The translations under genes and the position numbers were made by a program. A DNA stretch of 64,000 nt from Hormiphora californensis (lineage: Eukaryota; Animalia; Ctenophora). Numbering within the stretch: position 1 is the first letter of the stretch; each line of letters begins with the position of its first letter. Positions 52,658 to 64,000 of this stretch are shown here, one piece after another. A model generated the notes under the pieces. That model was not told where the DNA came from. It saw only the letters and a program-made list of their open reading frames with translations, and did no database searches. Location of the stretch: NCBI GenBank assembly GCA_020137815.1, contig CM035350.1, forward strand, positions 9,610,001 to 9,674,000, read 5' to 3'.

Positions 52658-53608
52658 CATTGCAGTGCCAAAATTAGAGGGATGCAGGGTGAATAAGAGT
52701 GAAGCTGAACTGAAATGTTTTTAATGAGCCCAAAATTTGAGAGAAATTGAAAGTGGTTCTGATGTTATGAGTGTATTGTAAAATCGAAATGTAGAGTGTT
52801 GTTTGGTGTGTCAGTATTTATATTCGACATAATGTATCTGTCATTGGCCTGACAGATATCGATATTGAGACTGTACAGTACCGAAAATTAGATTTGGTGA
52901 ATGACAGTGGTCCCCCAACTATGTACAAGGGTCATTTCATCTGACGCGCTGACCCCTTCTCGATCATGGAGTTTATGGTCACTGTCAAGCATCTTGCAAA
53001 CTCAATCTTGTAAATTCTTTTTCTGTTTTGAGATAAGAGCAAAAGATATTTTGGGAGGTATAATTTACAGTTGTGATGCGTTGAATTAGACGCTATGTCA
53101 TGTATATGTGTTCATATTTCATGTTTATACCACATACGTTTACACTATGTTCATGTCTCGGAAGCTAACGTGTTTTAATTTGGATAATTATACAGTCGGA
53201 CCCTGATTTACTGGAAGTATCAACTTCTCCCAATAAAGAAAACTAGCGGTATAGTATTTGACCCCGATATACCGGACACCCTTTCAGCTTTCACCGAGCA
53301 TCCCGGTAATTCGTTGGTCACGTGTGAGGGGATTGCCTTTCGGGCGCGCGAACATGAGGGGCGCGACGTGCCCAAGGTAATTCGGGGTCCGACTATATTA
53401 TGAGTATCAATATCATAACTATTATATTCAGACACTCACTTCAGACTTGTGTGGCTCACATCGTCATCTGCTGTCTGGCGCCGCCGACCCCATCTGAGCG
53501 CACTGTCGCGGGTATTGGGGTATGGCGCCGCCATACAGCTGTCATCTGTGAGGGAAGATCAATCAAACACCACTAAACATATTCTGAGTGAGGTGATCCA
53601 TCGCATGT

Positions 53609-60483
<6,875 letters not shown>

Positions 60484-61573
60484 GTTTATCTGGTGTGATA
60501 CCGGTGTTCAGTCCGTATTGCAAGCTACTAAAAAGAGGGATTGTGATGATGAAAAAGCACTGCTAAACATCATATCTGTTTACAAAATATCAATATGAAC
60601 AAACAGTGATCTGCTTTGTTGCAATTTAGTGGAAACTTGAGAGACGACAGGTGAATAAAAACAAGCTAGGCCATTGAGTTAGCTACATTGTAGGCAACTC
60701 AATGCCCTAGCAATTGTAGCTACAAGTAGAAGCATTACTCTCCTTTGTTTATCTCTACTGGGCCTCTCTAGTCTCTACTATAATTATAACTCCTATTGTT
60801 GGACACGTCGCGGCCCTCTGTTTTCGCGGCCCGCTCGGAGCTTGGTCGCTTGTAGTGGAGATCTATGTAGTGGAGAGATATCAATCCCTCCCCCGGGGAG
60901 AGAATAATATGAGATATCAGCTCTTATCTAGCGAAAGAAAACTCAAACGTGATGTGAGAACTACTATTGTATTAGTATAATATCATAATATCAATATGAA
61001 TAAGCAGTGATCACTGCTTCGATTTGTTGAGTAAGGAGTGACCCCTTCCTCAATAAGCTTTGACGCTTTGTGGCGGTTTCGGGGAAGCAAGAGACAGAAG
61101 ATAAATAAATACAAGCTAGGCCATTGAGCACTGGCCTGACAGGAATTTCTATGTCACATGCACAGAAACTCGTCTAACTCGTCTAATGTTTATTTAGTGA
61201 TCCGAAGTCCCATGGGGCCTGCCTGTAGAATTATTACATCGTGCATAAATAATAACGTGTCCACTCAGAGAAAGCCCAGGACGACCCCGGTTCACTGTTT
61301 GTTTAGACGACGTGTAAATGAAATTAAAGAGAGGAAAATCTATAATAGCCCTCATTTGATGAGATAAAGACTTGAAATTTTGAGGTTAGGCAGATTATGT
61401 CGAGTTCTTCTTAGGTTTGGGACCCAACCAAAAAATGACAGCCACCTCATGCATTACATGTCATTCTCGGTTTGGGATCTACTGAAAGCTGTCTAGTTGA
61501 CCGAGCTATAAATTGGTACAGCTTCGGCTGGAAAGTAAAATTCCCCTGTACGTTTGTTGACCCTTACTCAACA

Positions 61574-61810
61574 ACTGTCTGGCGCCGCGACCCCATCTGA
61601 GCGCACTCAAATGGGGTATGGCGCACTCAAATGGGGTATGGCGCACTCAAATGGGGTATGGCGCCGCCATACAGCTCAACAACTGCACATAGGGCCGGCT
61701 GGCTGGCAAATGTTCATTTGCAACTGCCACAGACGTGGGCGCCATACCCCAATCGGATTTTCAAATGGCACGCGACAGTACGCTCAGATGGGATCGGCAG
61801 CGCCAGACAG
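61574..61810. mobile_element. MITE with CTGTCTGGCG...CGCCAGACAG termini; relatives at ~10843, ~50372 and ~53471
   Basis: Imperfect TIRs and dispersed copies. Confidence 0.65.
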
Positions 61811-61847
61811 GTCTAGACACCGTTCCAACGCCGTCCAAAAGCCGTCC

Positions 61848-63852
61848 AGGTGGGTTAAAATGGGAAAGTTTCTTAGAGATAAGGTGGGTCAAAGTGGGAA
61901 AATTTCTTTGAGATTAGGTGGGTCAAAGTGGGAAATATTCTTAGAGATAAGGTGGGTCAAAGTGGGAAATATTCTTAGAGATAAGGTGAGTCAAAGTGGG
62001 AAAGTTTCTTAGAGATTAGGTGGGTCAAAGTGGGAAAATTTCTTAGAGATAAGGTGAGTCAAAGTGGGAAAGTTTCTTAGAGATTAGGTGGGTTAAAATG
62101 GGAAAGTTTCTTAAAGATTAGGTGGCTCAAAATGGGAAAGTTTCTTAGAGATTAGGGGGATCAAACTTCAAACTCAAAGTGGGAAAATTTCTTAGAGATT
62201 AGGTGGGTCAAAGTGGGAAATTTTCTTAGAGATAAGGTGAGTCAAAGTGGGAAAGTTTCTTAGAGACTAGGTGGGTCAAAGTGGGAAAGTTTCTTAGAGA
62301 TAAGGTGAGTCAAAGTGGGAAAGTTTCTTAGATATTAGGTGGGTTAAAATGGGAAAGTTTCTTAGAGATAAGGTGAGTCAAAGTGGGAAAGTTTCTTAGA
62401 GATTAGGTGGGTTAAAATGGGAAAGTTTCTTAGAGATTAGGTGGCTCAAAGTGGGAAAGTTTCTTAGAGATTAGGTGGGTTAAAATGGGAAAGTTTCTTA
62501 GAGATAAGCTGAGTCAAAGTGGGAAAGTTTCGTAGAGATTAGGTGGCTCAAAGTGGGAAAGTTTCTTAGAGATAAGGTGGGTTAAAATGGGAAAGTTTCT
62601 TAGAGATTAGGGGGATCAAACTTCAAACTCAAAGTGGGAAAATTTCTTAGAGATTAGGTGGGTCAAAGTGGGAAATTTTCTTAGAGATAAGGTGAGTCAA
62701 AGTGGAAAAGTTTCTTAGAGATTAGGTGGGTCAAAGTGGGAAAGTTTCTTAGAGATAAGGTGAATCAAAGTGGGAAAGTTTCTTAGAGATTAGGTGGGTT
62801 AAAATGGGAAAGTTTCTTAGAGATTAGGTGGGTCAAAGTGGGAAAGTTTCTTAGAGATAAGGTGCAGTGAGTCAAAGTGGGAAAGTTTCTTAGAGTGTCG
62901 AAAGTTTTTTAGAGATTAGGTGGCTCAAAGTGGGACTGGGAAAATTTCTTAGAGATAAGGTGGATCAAAGTGGGAAATTTTCTTAGAGATAAGGTGAGTC
63001 AAAGTGTGAAAGTTTCTTAGAGATTAGGTGGGTTAAAATGGGAAAGTTTCTTAGAGATTAGGTGGGTTAAAATGGCAAAGTTTCTTAGAGATAAGGTGAG
63101 TCAAAGTGGGAAAGTTTCTTAGAGATTAGGTGGGTTAAAATGGGAAAGTTTCTTAGAGATTAGGTGGGTAAAAGTGGGAAAGTTTCTTAGAGATTAGGTG
63201 GGTTAAAATGGGAAAGTTTCTTAGAGATAAGGTGAGTCAAAGTGGGAAATTTTCTTAGAGATAAGGTGAGTTAAGGTGGGTCACAGTGGGAAATTTTCTT
63301 AGAGATTAGGTGGGTCAAAGTGGGAAAGTTTCTTAGAGATAAGGTGCAGTGAGTCAAAGTGGGAAAGTTTCTTATAGTGTCGAAAGTTTCTTAGAGATAA
63401 GGTAAGTCAAAGTGGGAAAGTTTCTTAGAGATTAGGTGGGTTAAAATGGGAAAGTTTCTTAGAGATTAGGTGGCTCAAAGTGGGACTGGGAAAATTTCTT
63501 AGAGATAAGGTGGGTCAAAGTGGGAAAATTTCTTAGAGATTAGGTGGGTTAAAATGGGAAAGTTTCTTAGAGATTAGGTGGCTCAAAGTGGGACTGGGAA
63601 AATTTCTTAGAGATAAGGTGGGTCAAAGTGGGAAATATTCTTAGAGATAAGGTGGGTCAAAGTGGGAAATATTCTTAGAGATAAGGTGAGTCAAAGTGGG
63701 AAAGTTTCTTAGAGATTAGGTGGGTCAAAGTGTGAAATTTTCTTAGAGATAAGGTGAGTCAAAGTGTCGAATGTTTCTTAGAGATTAGGTGGGTCAAGGT
63801 GGGAAAGTTTCTTAGAGATGAGGTGAGTCAAAGTGGGAACGTTTCTTAGAGT
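61848..63852. repeat. 34 bp tandem satellite (AGGTGGGTCAAAGTGGGAAAGTTTCTTAGAGATT)
   Basis: Direct periodicity with recurrent variants. Confidence 0.97.
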
Positions 63853-64000
63853 GGTTAGATCTAGAGAAGTTAAATCTTGCTTGTTAATTGGTAACATAGA
63901 CACCTGGCGCGACCCCCGCAGTCCGCAAACATTTGTCGGCTCCGCCCCCTAAAAAAGGGTCGTGTCTTTCAAGGCTTTTTGCACGCGATCCACTGGACCG

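Noticed and set aside
60586-61130. ~100 bp diverged direct repeat upstream of AMT
   Set aside because: No TIR, TSD or structure; treated as an ordinary local duplication.

Overview
Eukaryotic, intron-rich, repeat-dense animal genomic DNA. It is most likely a Pleurobrachia-type ctenophore: it carries a ctenophore-like spliced-leader sequence and MITEs I recall from Pleurobrachia gene models (recalled, not searched). Six spliced genes are supportable: EXOC4/Sec8 (-, runs off the left edge), an HPD/HPDL-family dioxygenase (-), a single-catalytic-domain HDAC6-like gene with ZnF-UBP (-), E(z)/EZH2 (+), an orphan class A GPCR (+) and an AMT1-type ammonium transporter (-). The window also holds two identical divergent tRNA-Glu(CTC) genes, a near-intact CRE-clade RT+RLE retrotransposon, LINE remnants, Helitron/Helentron derivatives, many MITE/foldback elements with TSDs, satellites, a ~3 kb tandem duplication and a 100-N gap. 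Most striking: (1) tandem repeats built from splice junctions, including a >=3.6 kb satellite that is an amplified EXOC4 splice acceptor plus exon start; (2) a genomic spliced-leader exon fused to a LINE ORF1 relic upstream of a tightly packed HDAC6-HPDL-EXOC4 cluster; (3) MITE fragments flanked by long duplications. Exon boundaries were read by eye, and some frameshifts look like consensus errors.
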